Shown here: in pieces, positions 42,100 through 54,329 of the stretch | Layout of the letters: each line of letters opens with the position of its first letter | Numbering within the stretch: position 1 is the first letter of the stretch | Assembly (NCBI GenBank): GCA_964016885.1 | Contig: OZ024744.1 | Coordinates: 85,684,001-85,748,000 of the forward strand | Direction of reading: 5' to 3' | From: Eledone cirrhosa | Taxonomy: Eukaryota | DNA: 64,000 bases | Program-made: the position numbers and the translations under genes | Notes under the pieces: model-generated | The model's database searches: none | Told to the model about the DNA's origin: nothing | The model's input: the letters and a program-made list of their open reading frames with translations, nothing else

Positions 42100-42590
42100 A
42101 GATTGTTTAATGTTTACTTGTTCCGCTCATATTTACAGTTCTGGTATCTCAAATTAGTACCATAGAACAATCACTATTATAGACACCATATATATTTCCG
42201 TGGGTACCTAGTACCTACTGGCATATCTATATCATTTATCTAATTCTCCTTAATGTAGAGGAAAAAAATGCTGTATCATGCTGCTATTTCTATCAGCATG
42301 AAATATCAGCGAGTCTATAATTCCCGCTTTTTCTGGCGGTCCAATAAGTGTGTGGGTCATTTTAACGGCTTGATTCATTCACTGGGTAGAGGGTGATATA
42401 TCTACATCTATACAGACTTATGTCTAGTAGATTTGGAAAAGCTATCTGAAGAGCTATATATTTCCATTGGAAATTCTCTGAATTTCCAATCTTTTGATAA
42501 GCGAAACCGTCGGTCATGACACTAGAAGAGGTAAATATTTAAATCGTATTTTAATTTATTTAAAAGATTGTTTAATGTTTACTTGTTCCG

Positions 42591-42597
<7 letters not shown>
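42100..42597. repeat. ~33-bp direct repeats bracketing ~430 bp of unassigned sequence
   Basis: AGATTGTTTAATGTTTACTTGTTCCGCTCATAT at 42100 and 42565. Confidence 0.7.
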
Positions 42598-42644
<47 letters not shown>

Positions 42645-42769
42645 AATACAACAGAAGCATATAAAATACAATTATATACACACATACATATACATACAAA
42701 TGTATAAACATACATACACACATACATATCCATACATATATATATATATACATATATACACATATGAGC

Positions 42770-42861
<92 letters not shown>

Positions 42862-43160
42862 TAAATATCTAAAAATAAAAAAGGTGGGTATGTGAAGGGT
42901 AAGGTAGAAAGTAGGGGGGAATAAGGAAAATAAATGACATAGGAAAAGGTTTAAATATAAGGGGAGATAAGGGAGAAAATGAATATAAGAGTACAGAAAG
43001 TGAATTCAGAAGGTAAAAAAACCGTAGTGGATGTAAGGCGTAGAGAGCAGAGAAGAAGTTCAAGGTGGTTGAGTTATCGTAAGAATGTCAATCCAGTTAC
43101 AGATCAGATGTGATTTCAGGTGAGGTAACTGGATTGACATTCCTACGATAACTCAACCAT

Positions 43161-44627
43161 ACGAAAAAAGCTTCATCACCGAGGGATTAAAATTCATCTT
43201 ACAGAACAACTTTTTTGATTTCGATAGCAATACTTACAAGCATCGGGGACTGCGATGGGTACAAAAGCCGCTCCAACTTATGCCAACTTAGTCATGGCAT
43301 ACTTAGAAGTCCAGATATATCAACAGTCCAAATCAAAATACGGATTGAACTTCCACAAATATTTATCAGAGAATTGGAAACGCTACTTGGATGATTGCCT
43401 CATTCTTTGGTCACACACACTCGACCCCAACTGAAGGATTTCAAAAACTTAATAAACAGCATCAATAACCACATCCAATTCACAATGGAATACAGCCAAG
43501 ATCAACTCCCATTTCTGGACATCTTAATCTTAAAAAAAGACACAAATGTCGAAACTGACATACACTACAAACCAACAGATTCCAAACAATATCTGCTATT
43601 CACCTCCAACCATCCAAAGCACACGAAGACGAACATTCCTTTTAACCTAGCAAGAAGAATTTGCACAATTGTCTCCAATTATGAAACGCGAAATAAAAGA
43701 CTTCAAGAATTAAAGGAAATTCTACTCGAGAGAGAGTACCAACTATTGCTAATAAATAATGGAATAGAAAGGGCTAAAGCAATAGGCATTGATGAATTAC
43801 GGAAACAGAAACAAATTCAAAGTACGTCCAATATTCTATCATATATCTCAACACACAACCTAAGAAATGCGGAAGCTTATAACACTATTCACAAGAACAT
43901 CCCACTACTAAAACAAAACCCAAGAATGAAAAAAGCCCTTGAAACACAAAAAATAATCAAAAGCAAAAGACAACCGAAATCACGGAAAACATTACTCACC
44001 AATGCCAAATTACCTACCACAAACCCACAACCAAGTGTCAAAAAATGTGGTCGCTCTAATTGTGGAACCTGCACTCACCTCATTGAAGGCAACACGTATA
44101 CATTTAAATCAGGACAAAATTTTGCTGTAAAAAATCACTTCACTTGCTCATCAAAAAATCTACTTTATGCCATTAAATGTAAAGGATGCAATGAAGATTA
44201 TATAGGACAAACTAAACTCACACTCAGAAACAGAATGACAGTTCATCGCCAACAATTACGAGATCCAACCACGAGACAGATACCACTAAGTGCACATTTA
44301 GACATTTGCGCAAGTAATAAGACACCCAAATTCCAAGTCTTCCCATTATACCTTTGCGCTAACAATATAACAGAACAAATACGAATAAATAAGGAAAATA
44401 TGTTTATTCAAAAATATAGACCAATATTAAATATGGTTTAATATACATTATGTCAGCACCATAATATGACATACACACACACACATAACACCTTCTACTT
44501 TAGAAAATAAAAACCCGAACTAAATAAACCTTAACATACGTTTGCACTGACAATACAACAGAACAAATACGAATAAGTAAGGAAAATATGTTCACTCAAA
44601 AATATTCCTACTAAAGGAATCATTTTC

Positions 44628-44702
<75 letters not shown>

Positions 44703-44960
44703 ATATATATATATTCTCTTCATCTTAACATGCTAACCATACTCCCACACACATAACACCCATACACACACATAACAACCCCCACACCCACAACTCCCCT
44801 CCTCCATTTCTACTAATAGAACCACTTTCCTACACACATATATACACACACACAAAATATATATTCTCTCCATCTTAACATACTCGCACACACACACATA
44901 ACACCCATATACACACACACACAACTCCCTCCCCCATTTCTACTAATAGAATCATCTTCC
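43161..44960 (+). mobile_element. 5'-truncated Neptune-like PLE (RT C-half plus GIY-YIG; ORF 43395..44441) with 3'UTR
   Basis: GTAMGTKAAPTYANL, WKRYLDD, CGRSNCGTC, LYAIKCKGCNEDYIGQT; ~35-bp inverted repeat at 43064-43158 just upstream. Confidence 0.9.
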
Positions 44961-44961
44961 A

Positions 44962-44994
<33 letters not shown>

Positions 44995-45001
<7 letters not shown>

Positions 45002-45640
45002 GCACACAAATAAACATACATATCTTTACTTCAATAGAAAATCTGAACTCTGACACCCCAGCAAACTAACCATATTCACTGAACCAGAACAATTCTCCCA
45101 ATCCCATTTCTCTTGACCACTATCTTTCCATTGTCATAACATTCTCTATAAAGGCTACAGAATAGATTTCCAAATAAGGGCGCAAAAATGTAATGAAAAC
45201 TTGTTCACGTGACAGCCAAATTTCATTTATAACCAATCAAATCACGTTTATTAAAAAAAAAGCCTTCGTGAGCCACCTTTTTTTTTAAGTAAAGAAATTC
45301 AAACACACACACAACACACACACACACGCACGCACACACACACAAGCACACAAATAAACATACATATCTTTACTTTCTTTATTCAATAGAAAATCTGAAT
45401 TCTGACACCCCAGCGAACTAAGCATATTCACTGAACCAGAACAATTCTGCCATCCCTTTCTCTTGACCATTATCTTTCACTTATCATAAAATTCTCTAAA
45501 AAGGCTACAGAATGGATTTCCAAATAAGGGCACGGAAATTTAATGAAAACTTGTTCACGTGACAGCCATAATTTCATTTATAACCAATAAAAAAAAGCCT
45601 TCGTGAGCCCCTTTTTTCAAGTAAAAAGAAATTCAAACAC
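44995..45640. repeat. Tandem duplication, ~345-bp period
   Basis: AGCACACAAATAAACATACATATC..AAAGAAATTCAAACAC occurs twice. Confidence 0.85.
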
Positions 45641-45844
45641 TCATATATGAAAAAACAACCTGTGACAAACCCCCCCACCCCCCTGAAGAACTATTGTAAC
45701 GCGAACTTTATTATAATTATTGACAAACCAATCAAATTACTTCTCGAAAAACCTGGCATTTCGAGCCACTTTTTCCATATAAAACAAGTAACATTCAGAG
45801 ACCAACCAGATGTGAGAAAAACCACAGACCCTCCATCTCAACTC

Positions 45845-45886
45845 TATTTTTGAAAAGCAGAAGAACTGCGAAACCGGTAAAGGAAC
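45845..45886 (+). ncRNA. Degenerate hammerhead motif
   Basis: TTGAAAA-GCAG AAGAA CTGC-GAAAC CG GTA; core has two substitutions and stem I is poor. Confidence 0.4.
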
Positions 45887-46545
45887 CAAATAAATATATA
45901 TATATTTTTTTAAAAATAAGACTCCAGTTGCATTTTCGATTTCATCTCTTTTTCTTTATATATATATATATATGCATATAAATACTTCAGTGAAAATAGA
46001 ATGCCCGATTCCAATATATTCATTTAATATTACATAATTACACAATACATATTGCTATGGCAGGTTTATGTCAACAGAATACGAGGCAATAAAATTGGTG
46101 ACGTCATCAGATGTGAACATACACAACTTTTAAAGATTGTATTCAGAAATTCCAACTGGTTTACAGCAACATATAAAAGAGGCTGACTTTTGTAGTGATC
46201 GCATCAACATTAATTCTTTGTTTATATTTTGCTATTGCCCAGTAGGGATTACTGAACTAAACCTTTAAAATATTTTATGTGTAGTGGAAACAAGGTTGTA
46301 GAGAAAAGGCCGTATGCCGTTGCTGCAGAGAAGTTTATAGAGAAAAGGGGAGAGGATAAGTAATATAGGGAGCGAGAGAGAGAGAGAGAAAGGGACAACA
46401 CGAGAGAGATACAAAAGCAGAGAGAGAGAAGGAGAGAAAGACAGTGGGGGTAGAGAGAAAGACAGAGGATAGAGAAAGAGAGTGTGTCAGGGAGAGGAAG
46501 AGAAAGAGAGAGAGAGAGGGTGACAAAACCGAGGGAAAGAAAAGA

Positions 46546-46619
<74 letters not shown>

Positions 46620-46736
46620 GGGAAGTGAGAAAGAGAGTAAGAAAGAAAGAGAGAGAGTGAGAGCAAAGGAAAGAGAAAAAGAGAGAGTAAGAGAGAAAAA
46701 GAGGAAGAGAGTACGTAAGAGAGAGAAGGGGGTTGA

Positions 46737-46782
<46 letters not shown>

Positions 46783-47057
46783 AGAGAGAGAGATTAAGAA
46801 AGAAAGGTAAAGAGAGAAAGAAAAAAAAGGGGGTACGCGCTATAAAAATGGAAATATCTTAGCAATAACTTCCGGTATAAGAAACATCACCGAAGAGTCA
46901 TGGGCGATTGTGTAAACAATGATTTATTGTCAACATCACAAGATACATTAATATAAAATGGAGGTATTGAGCATTGACGAATAAACCTTGGTAATCTATC
47001 GACATTGGGTGGTGGTGTATGTATGTATGTATGGATGTATGTATGTATGTATGTATG

Positions 47058-49372
47058 TTTTGGTTTTATAATTTCACAATTTTTTTAATGTATGTATGTA
47101 TGTATTTATGTATGTTCTTCTGGTTTTATAATTTCACAAATTGTTCCCAATAGAGAGAGAGAGTCGGTTTCTAACACAGACACAAAACTCTCTCATTGGA
47201 ATTTACACAATATCAACTAGGTAGATTATGTCTGTATGTCTGCATGTGTAGATATGGATGTTATTGTATGTGTGGATGTGTATGTTTTGAGTTGTATGCG
47301 TGGATGTGTATATGCTTTGTATCTGTACATGTGTATATGCAGTTATTAGATGCAACATGTTTGGAATGTTTTGCATATTTTTACTGTTCCATTAATCGAT
47401 TGTACTTGTAATTTCCTAACAAGTTGTGTTCTTTCTGTTCCTGGGAAGCCTAACTTCTTAAGATTGTTATTGAGGCAGTTACTAACATACCCCAGTGCCC
47501 CAATAATCACAGGCATAAATCTGAAGGTGTAATCAGGGTGGAGTATCTGCAGATTTCTCATCAGTTCTGCATAAATATTCTCCTTTTCGATAATCTTTGA
47601 TATTATATTGGCATCTGCTGGACAGCTAACTTCCACTACTGTTCATGCCTTCTTTTCCCTGTCCCATATCATAATATCTGGTCTGTTATGCCTGCATTTT
47701 ATTGGGGTTTTACTGGAACATACGACCAGTACACTTTCATATTATGTATATGTATGTCTTCCACATTGTTGTAGCTTTTAATGTGTTTATTATCGGGGCT
47801 ATATTTTCTACGGATTGCATTGTACAGTGTTTTGGCCACTACATCATGCCTCATAGGTAGAGAGTACCACGATGACATCTTTGAACAGCTGCTGATGACA
47901 TGGGTGATATCCTCGATGTTAGTTCTGCAGAGTCTGCACTTGTTATCATATCTAGGTGTTTTGCTTGCATCCCTATCTCTTTTGTGAATCAGGTATTTCG
48001 TGTTAATTTCTTGTTCTTGGATTGCAAAAGCGTATCCTTCAAAGTGGGAGCCAATATAGCGGTTGTTGGTCCAATATAGACTACTTTCCTTATCTATATT
48101 ACTCTCACTCTGGAGCTTCCTGGCAACATATCCATGCATGATTTTTTGCTGGTAAGAATGCAGTTTTTCATCCATGGATTCACAACGATATTGCTGAAAA
48201 ATTTCCCTGGGTGTGAGTTTTTGATTATCACACAGGGAATATCTCTCGAGGAGTTCCTTCCCAACTCTCATGATCTTATCTATTTCATGCAGATAGACTT
48301 GCTCGAGAGACTGGCTCCTACGCTTCGAGGTTCGTAGATGTTGTCGGAGAGATATGATGCGACATTCAAATGCTGTCTGGACTGATGTTAGGCCTCTGAC
48401 TCCTTGCTTACGTTTCAAGTAAAGGCGGTCTATGTCACTGTTGATGTGAACGTTTCCGGTATTGTTTAGTATTTTTCGAGTTCTAACATCAATCGCTCGG
48501 AGTTCGTCTATCATCCAATTGAGTATTCCAAATGTTGGTGTTAGGACAGGCACAGCAAACACATTGTGAGCCACTGTTTTGTTTTGCGCAGAGAGTTCTG
48601 ATGACCAGATCTTTCTTAATCGGGTGAAGTATTCCCTGGTTACGCGTTCTTTATTACAGATACCATTATAGGATATGTTCTCATCTTTCCCCGATATCTG
48701 ATAGCAGTCCTCATCAGATATCGGTGAAAGAGTTAGGCCATTGTTGACATTGTTGCTAGATTGGGTTGTTGTTTTCCCCCGCATTACAGTCATATATGAG
48801 CATTTATCTTGGCCAAACCCCATTCCTATATCCTTTGAGAACGTTGTAACCAGGTCAAGATGTTTCTTCATTCCATCCATATTCTTGGCATGGAGTTTCA
48901 GATCATCCACAAAGAAATTATGGGTTAGGTTCGTATTTCTGTCCTCCTGTGAGCCAGATGTATCCTTCACATTTCTTGAGCAGAAAGCACAAGGGATTTA
49001 ATGACAAGATGAATAATATCACAGAGAGACTGTTCCCCTGAAATATACCCCTGCGGTATTTTATTTTATCAGTGAAAATAGTCATCCTTCTCTGTCTTTA
49101 ACCTTAGGATAGTAGCCCAACAGATCACAGATTCTCTATGGCTCTGATAATAATGTCTGGGACTTTAGCAAGTTGGAGGGCCTCTATCATCCAAGAGTGG
49201 GGAACAGAATCGAAAGCTTTCATGTAGTCCAGCCAGACTGTAGTCATATTCCTCCTAAGTTGTCGCACCTCCGATATCGCAGTTTTGTTGATTACGAGTT
49301 GTTCAGCACATCCCCAAACACCTTTCTTTCCAACTCCTTCTTCATCTGTGATGATGTTATTATTTTCACAGT
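47058..49372 (-). mobile_element. R4/Dong-clade element (third family) with (CATA)n tail, 5' part lost
   Basis: WLDYMKAFDSVPHSW, FFVDDLKL, CRLC, RHD; high identity to 24712-25920; the 3' terminal ~25 bp is duplicated within the (TATG)n run. Confidence 0.9.
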
Positions 49373-49552
49373 GAATTGGCAGTATCGGTAGAGGGTTGGA
49401 CGCCATGCTTTGACGCATAGAGTTACGGCCCTTGCCATTCTGAGTTCAAATCCCGCCGAGGTTAACTTTGCCTTTCATCCTTATGGGGTCGATAAAATAA
49501 AGTACCAGTAATGTACTGGATAATTGCTGGCCTTGTGCCAAAAGTAGAAACA
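49370..49552 (+). mobile_element. SINE family 2
   Basis: Near-identical to 35509-35694. Confidence 0.9.
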
Positions 49553-49553
49553 A

Positions 49554-49753
49554 NNNNNNNNNNNNNNNNNNNNNNNNNNNNNNNNNNNNNNNNNNNNNNN
49601 NNNNNNNNNNNNNNNNNNNNNNNNNNNNNNNNNNNNNNNNNNNNNNNNNNNNNNNNNNNNNNNNNNNNNNNNNNNNNNNNNNNNNNNNNNNNNNNNNNNN
49701 NNNNNNNNNNNNNNNNNNNNNNNNNNNNNNNNNNNNNNNNNNNNNNNNNNNNN
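49554..49753. other. Assembly gap (200 N)
   Basis: N run. Confidence 1.
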
Positions 49754-50670
49754 TCGCTTCTTCCACCACGGCTCTGCTCTTTCTTGTCTGTTGTTTCCTC
49801 TCGCTTTTATACCAAGTAGTTTCCTCACCGTATTTGCTGTTGCTTTGAGGATATTGTTGCACTGGTGAAGACTCCTCGCCTCAAGGTATGGGATGACTTT
49901 GTTTACCTTAGCTGTTGTTTCTTTTAACTTTTTCCTGTCTACAAATCTTAGGTTCATAGGTCTCCCACTATCATTGTTCAACTCATCTACCACTAAATTT
50001 AGGATGTCAACCGAATCTTGTCCTAGCCCGTCAGCATTCATCTCCTCAGTGGCCGTATCTCTTTTCCAGGTATTATTTATCTCAGTATTCAGATCATTGT
50101 CTGCTTCGGGTGGTTCCTCCGTTCTCAGGACCTCCTCACCTTCATTTCCCGCCGGCTCGCTTGTCTGGCATACTACACCCGCCATCTCCAAGCCATTCTC
50201 TCTGCTCAGTTCCTCCAGTTCCAGCTCGCTTATCCACCCATTAGTTCTTATTACCCGAGCCTGCCCGGCCAATTTTTGTTCATCTAATTTAAATAAACCA
50301 ATCTCGTTCCAGATGTTATGCATCCGTCTCCTGTAGCCCCTCTCCTTGGGGTTACTTTTCAGGTAGCATTGCATAACAGTTCTATTCAATTCTTTCGTCC
50401 AGTTGGTTCTGGCCCCTTTCCTTCTTCCTCTTCCTCCAACATCAGCAGTATTTGGTTGACAGTCAGGTTCCTGCTGCTGAGCCAGGGGGCACCTGTTGGG
50501 TGAGAGTCTGTCACATGACGTTCTAGTCTCCATTTCACCGTTATTCGAACTGTTTATGTTCGATATTTAAACACTCTTATCGAGGATTGGCGAATGTATG
50601 TTTACATAGCCATCTGTGGATCCGCCATCCCACTTGGCCCTTGTGTGGCATTATCACCACGCTGTATACG
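49754..50670 (-). mobile_element. 5' part of an R4/Dong-clade element (5'UTR plus ORF N-terminus from 50533)
   Basis: WTKELNRTVMQCYLKS..RGYRRRMHNIW..EQKLAGQARVIRTNGW..LELEE..EPWWKKR resembles R4/Dong N-terminal domains. Confidence 0.75.
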
Positions 50671-50689
50671 GACACACATAAACAAACAA

Positions 50690-51915
50690 ACACACGGGCA
50701 GAAAGGGCCCCAAAAATGAATAAGCATAAGTTTCATTGTAATGTAGTATTCGAATGTCTGACTTAGTTTTTGTTTTTTAAGTTTTACTTTTTCCCCCCTC
50801 TTCTCTGTCCGTCCGCCTGCTTCTCTCTTCATTCTTATTTTCTTTACGTTTTTGGGGTGTCTTTTTTTGTTTTTGTTTTTCTCTGTTTGTTTTTCTCGTT
50901 TTTTGCTGTTGTTGCTGTGCTGCTTTTGTTGTTTGTTTTTTCTTTTTTCTTTTGAGTCTATCTATATATTTTGATGCCTTCCTCTTTGTTAGTAGTAGGA
51001 ATTCTATAATGTGGAAGTGGCAGCCAGCAGAGACTGGCGGCGTTGGCGATACTGAGACAGTGGTGGTGGTGATGTCGATACCGAGGCAGTGGTGGCGGTG
51101 ATGCGACCGTATTACTGTAGTGATGGTGCTGTAGCGGTGGCAGCAGCAGTGAAGGAGTCAAGGGGTGGTGGCGGCGGTGATGGGATAGTGGTGGTAATGA
51201 TGGCCGTAGTGAGCGGTGGCGGTGAAGGTGAAAATGCTGTTGTGTTTAGTGTACACAGATGATGGGGTGGGTGGTGTATCTAGTTTCTGGTGTTGGTGAG
51301 TTTCGCTGTCCTATATAGTGTAGCCAGAGGAGAGGAGGGGGGGGGGGGGTTCTTCTTCTTCCATTTATAGCCATTTTATTTTTTTTTGGATATACAGTGT
51401 ACAATACAAAGTTGAATATTTGAATATTTGAGCCGTATTACTGTAGTGATGGTGCTGTAGCGGTGGCAGCAGCAGTGAAGGAGTCAAGGGGTGGTGGCGG
51501 CGGTGATGGGATAGTGGTGGTAATGATGGCCGTAGTGAGCGGTGGCGGTGAAGGTGAAAATGCTGTTGTGTTTAGTGTACACAGATGATGGGGTGGGTGG
51601 TGTATCTAGTTTCTGGTGTTGGTGAGTTTAGCTGTCCTATATAGTGTAGCCAGAGGAGAGGAGGGGGGGTTCTTCTTCTTCCATTTATAGCCATTTTTTT
51701 TTGGATATACAGTGTACAATACAAAGTTGAATATTTGAATATTTGAGCCTTATAACAATATATTTTGGGTCAGAATTTTTTTGGGGCTCAAGCCGGGTGC
51801 TTTACGTAGCATTTGTACTAAGAGTTGTTATTTCACAAATGATTTAAATATGTTAAAAATTCAAAACTTACGGGAGCGATTTCATGACCTCCGTCACCTC
51901 GTGCGTCTTCTTCCC
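50690..51915 (-). mobile_element. Possible non-autonomous L1/Tx1-like remnant with an internal ~325-bp tandem duplication
   Basis: 5' end shares GAAGACGCAC with 14521-14530 and TGACGGAGG with 59940; P/T-rich then K-rich sequence; 51107-51432 is repeated at 51433-51748. Confidence 0.4.
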
Positions 51916-51980
<65 letters not shown>

Positions 51981-51991
51981 GTTATTGTTAT
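51916..51991. repeat. (TTA)n tail of the R4/Dong element
   Basis: Read directly from the sequence. Confidence 0.95.
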
Positions 51992-52066
51992 TCCTTGAAT
52001 CTCAGTCATTGATGTTGGTTAACTGGAAAGTCCGTTGGATTGAATATCAAGCCACTACCTGCAGCC

Positions 52067-54085
52067 TCAGATATTCAGGACGTATTGGAGGGTTCTTGCT
52101 GTTCCAAGCAAGCATGCCTTTTGAAGCGTTCCAAAAAGCGTGAAGGGGCCGATTTTCTTTAACCATCCCTGGAAACCTTTGGAGATAGTCCCTAGTGCGC
52201 CTATGACAATCGGGATCACTTTGACTTCATGGCAGTTCCAGATCCTTTTCACCTCCCACTTTAGGTCCTGGTATCGGTTAATTTTCTCCCTCTCCTTCTC
52301 TTGCACTCTCGTGTCGAACGGGCAGGCCACATCCACAATCAGGCACGATCTTTTTTCTTTGTCCACAACCACCAGGTCAGGTCTATTGTGTTCCAGTTTT
52401 TTGTCCGTCTGTATCCTAAAATCCCACAGCACCTTCACCTGACTGTTCTCCATCACCGCCTCTGGCCTATGCTCATACCATTTCTCAGAATGTGGTAGAT
52501 TGTTTACTTTGCACAGGTGCCAGTGGATCACCCTGCCCATCACATCGTGTCTCCAGCCCTTATAGTGGGTCTGGGCTAGGTGTTTACACTCGGACACAAT
52601 GTGAGCCACAGTCTCCTCTCTCTCTCCACAGATCCTGCACAGTGGGCTAGCCTCCTCCTTGTAGATATGGTGCTTCAACCACTTCGTTTTGAGGGCCTGC
52701 TCCTGCGCAGCCATTAGCATTCCTTCTGTAGCCTTTTTGAGGTCTCCTCTTCTCAACCAGTTCCATGTCTGTGGATCTCTAAATTCAGTTTTCTCAAAGA
52801 AGGTACTATGAAGGGATTTTCCCTTAAGGCTGCTCTTCCTCCTTGATGTTATTTCCTCCTTGGACATCCCCTGGCCTACTGTCCCCTCCTTCAGTACAGC
52901 TCTGAGCATTGGCTCCTTACTATAGGTCACGTATTTGTATAGGTTGTTTTTCTCCATCTGAACACAGTCCTCTATGCTGATAAGACCTCTTCCACCCTCA
53001 GATCTCCTTAGGTAGAGTCTATCGACATCACTCCTCTTGTGGAACATGTTGTAGATAGTCAATAGCTTCCTAGACTTCCTATCCATTTCTTTTTGTTCAG
53101 CAACATTCCATCTCAGAATTCCCGCACTGTACCTAATAATAGACACAGCTCGGGAATTTACTGCGCTTATGGCATTTCTGCTGTTCAGATGTGACTTCAA
53201 TACGCTCCTTACTCTTCGAATGTATTCAGTTCTTAACAATTCCTTCATTTTTTTGTTCTTTATGCCATCAGCCTCCAGAACGCCCAAATACTTGTATCCT
53301 TCCTCAGAGTCAATTTCCTTTATCATCTCACCTGTTGGTATCTGGATCCCGTTACTTCTGCTCAACCTACCCCTCTTCATCACAATGACTCCACATTTAC
53401 CAATACCAAACTGCATACATATATCACTGCTGAAAATACGGACAGTGTCAACAAGCACATCCAACTCCTTCTCACTTTTCCCGAAGAGCTTAAGATCGTC
53501 CATGAAGAGGAGGTGATTGATGGTAAGCTCTCCCCTTCCCAACTTGTATCCTGCTCTCACTTTTCGCAGCATAATGGTCAAGGGCATCAGGGCAAGGACA
53601 AACAACAGAGGGGACAGGCTATCTCCCTGGAAGATACCTCTCTTGATCTTCACGCTTCCCAAGGATACTCCAGTTGATGTCAACTCTGTCTCCCAGGACC
53701 CCATACTCCTGCCCAGCAACTGTCTGATGTTATCTGCCACCCTGAAGACCTCCAGGCTTTTGGTGATCCAGGAATGAGGCACCATGTCAAATGCCTTTCT
53801 GTAGTCTATCCATCCCATGGCAAGATCAGTGTGTCTCCTCCTGCAATTCCCCATTACCATCTTATCAATAAGCAACTGGTCCTTTTTACCACGTGACTTC
53901 TTTCGGCATCCTTTCTGTTCGTCCGGTAACAAGTTGTTTGTGTGGAGGTGATGGTAGATTTCCTCAGACACAATGCTCGTCAACAGTTTCCACATTACGG
54001 GCAGACATGTGATAGGTCTATAGTTGGTAACATCACTACCCTTGATTCGGTCTTTCATTATCAGAACTGTGGTACCTTTTGTCAA
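52067..54085 (-). CDS. R4/Dong-clade RT-CCHC-REL ORF (uninterrupted 672 aa, 5'-truncated element 51992-54093)
   Basis: [72 protein letters not shown]. Confidence 0.93.
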   Translation of the reverse strand: MTKGTTVLIMKDRIKGSDVTNYRPITCLPVMWKLLTSIVSEEIYHHLHTNNLLPDEQKGCRKKSRGKKDQLLIDKMVMGNCRRRHTDLAMGWIDYRKAFDMVPHSWITKSLEVFRVADNIRQLLGRSMGSWETELTSTGVSLGSVKIKRGIFQGDSLSPLLFVLALMPLTIMLRKVRAGYKLGRGELTINHLLFMDDLKLFGKSEKELDVLVDTVRIFSSDICMQFGIGKCGVIVMKRGRLSRSNGIQIPTGEMIKEIDSEEGYKYLGVLEADGIKNKKMKELLRTEYIRRVRSVLKSHLNSRNAISAVNSRAVSIIRYSAGILRWNVAEQKEMDRKSRKLLTIYNMFHKRSDVDRLYLRRSEGGRGLISIEDCVQMEKNNLYKYVTYSKEPMLRAVLKEGTVGQGMSKEEITSRRKSSLKGKSLHSTFFEKTEFRDPQTWNWLRRGDLKKATEGMLMAAQEQALKTKWLKHHIYKEEASPLCRICGEREETVAHIVSECKHLAQTHYKGWRHDVMGRVIHWHLCKVNNLPHSEKWYEHRPEAVMENSQVKVLWDFRIQTDKKLEHNRPDLVVVDKEKRSCLIVDVACPFDTRVQEKEREKINRYQDLKWEVKRIWNCHEVKVIPIVIGALGTISKGFQGWLKKIGPFTLFGTLQKACLLGTARTLQYVLNI

Positions 54086-54329
54086 CCACTCTGTATTATT
54101 ATTATTATTATTATTATTGACGAAAGTGGATGTACGTTTTTTGAAGCTCCGTGAGTAAGCAATTTTTTGAGGATTAATTGTAGAGAATTGTTTATTTTTT
54201 GTACCGCTGAAGCATTATAAGACATTAATTTGTATCCTGTGAAGGAATAACTCATAATATTTGGGCCTTTTGGCCCAAATATTTGAACTTTATTTTGAAA
54301 AAAAATAATAATTTTTTTCTCAAAAAAAC

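Noticed and set aside
49481-50533. 350-aa ORF spanning the gap, and joining the R4 N-terminus to the 47058-49372 element
   Set aside because: The frame runs through Ns and a SINE, so continuity cannot be established.
50534-50670. HDV-like ribozyme in the R4 5'UTR
   Set aside because: Small hairpins are present but I could not build the nested double pseudoknot; a descriptor search is needed.
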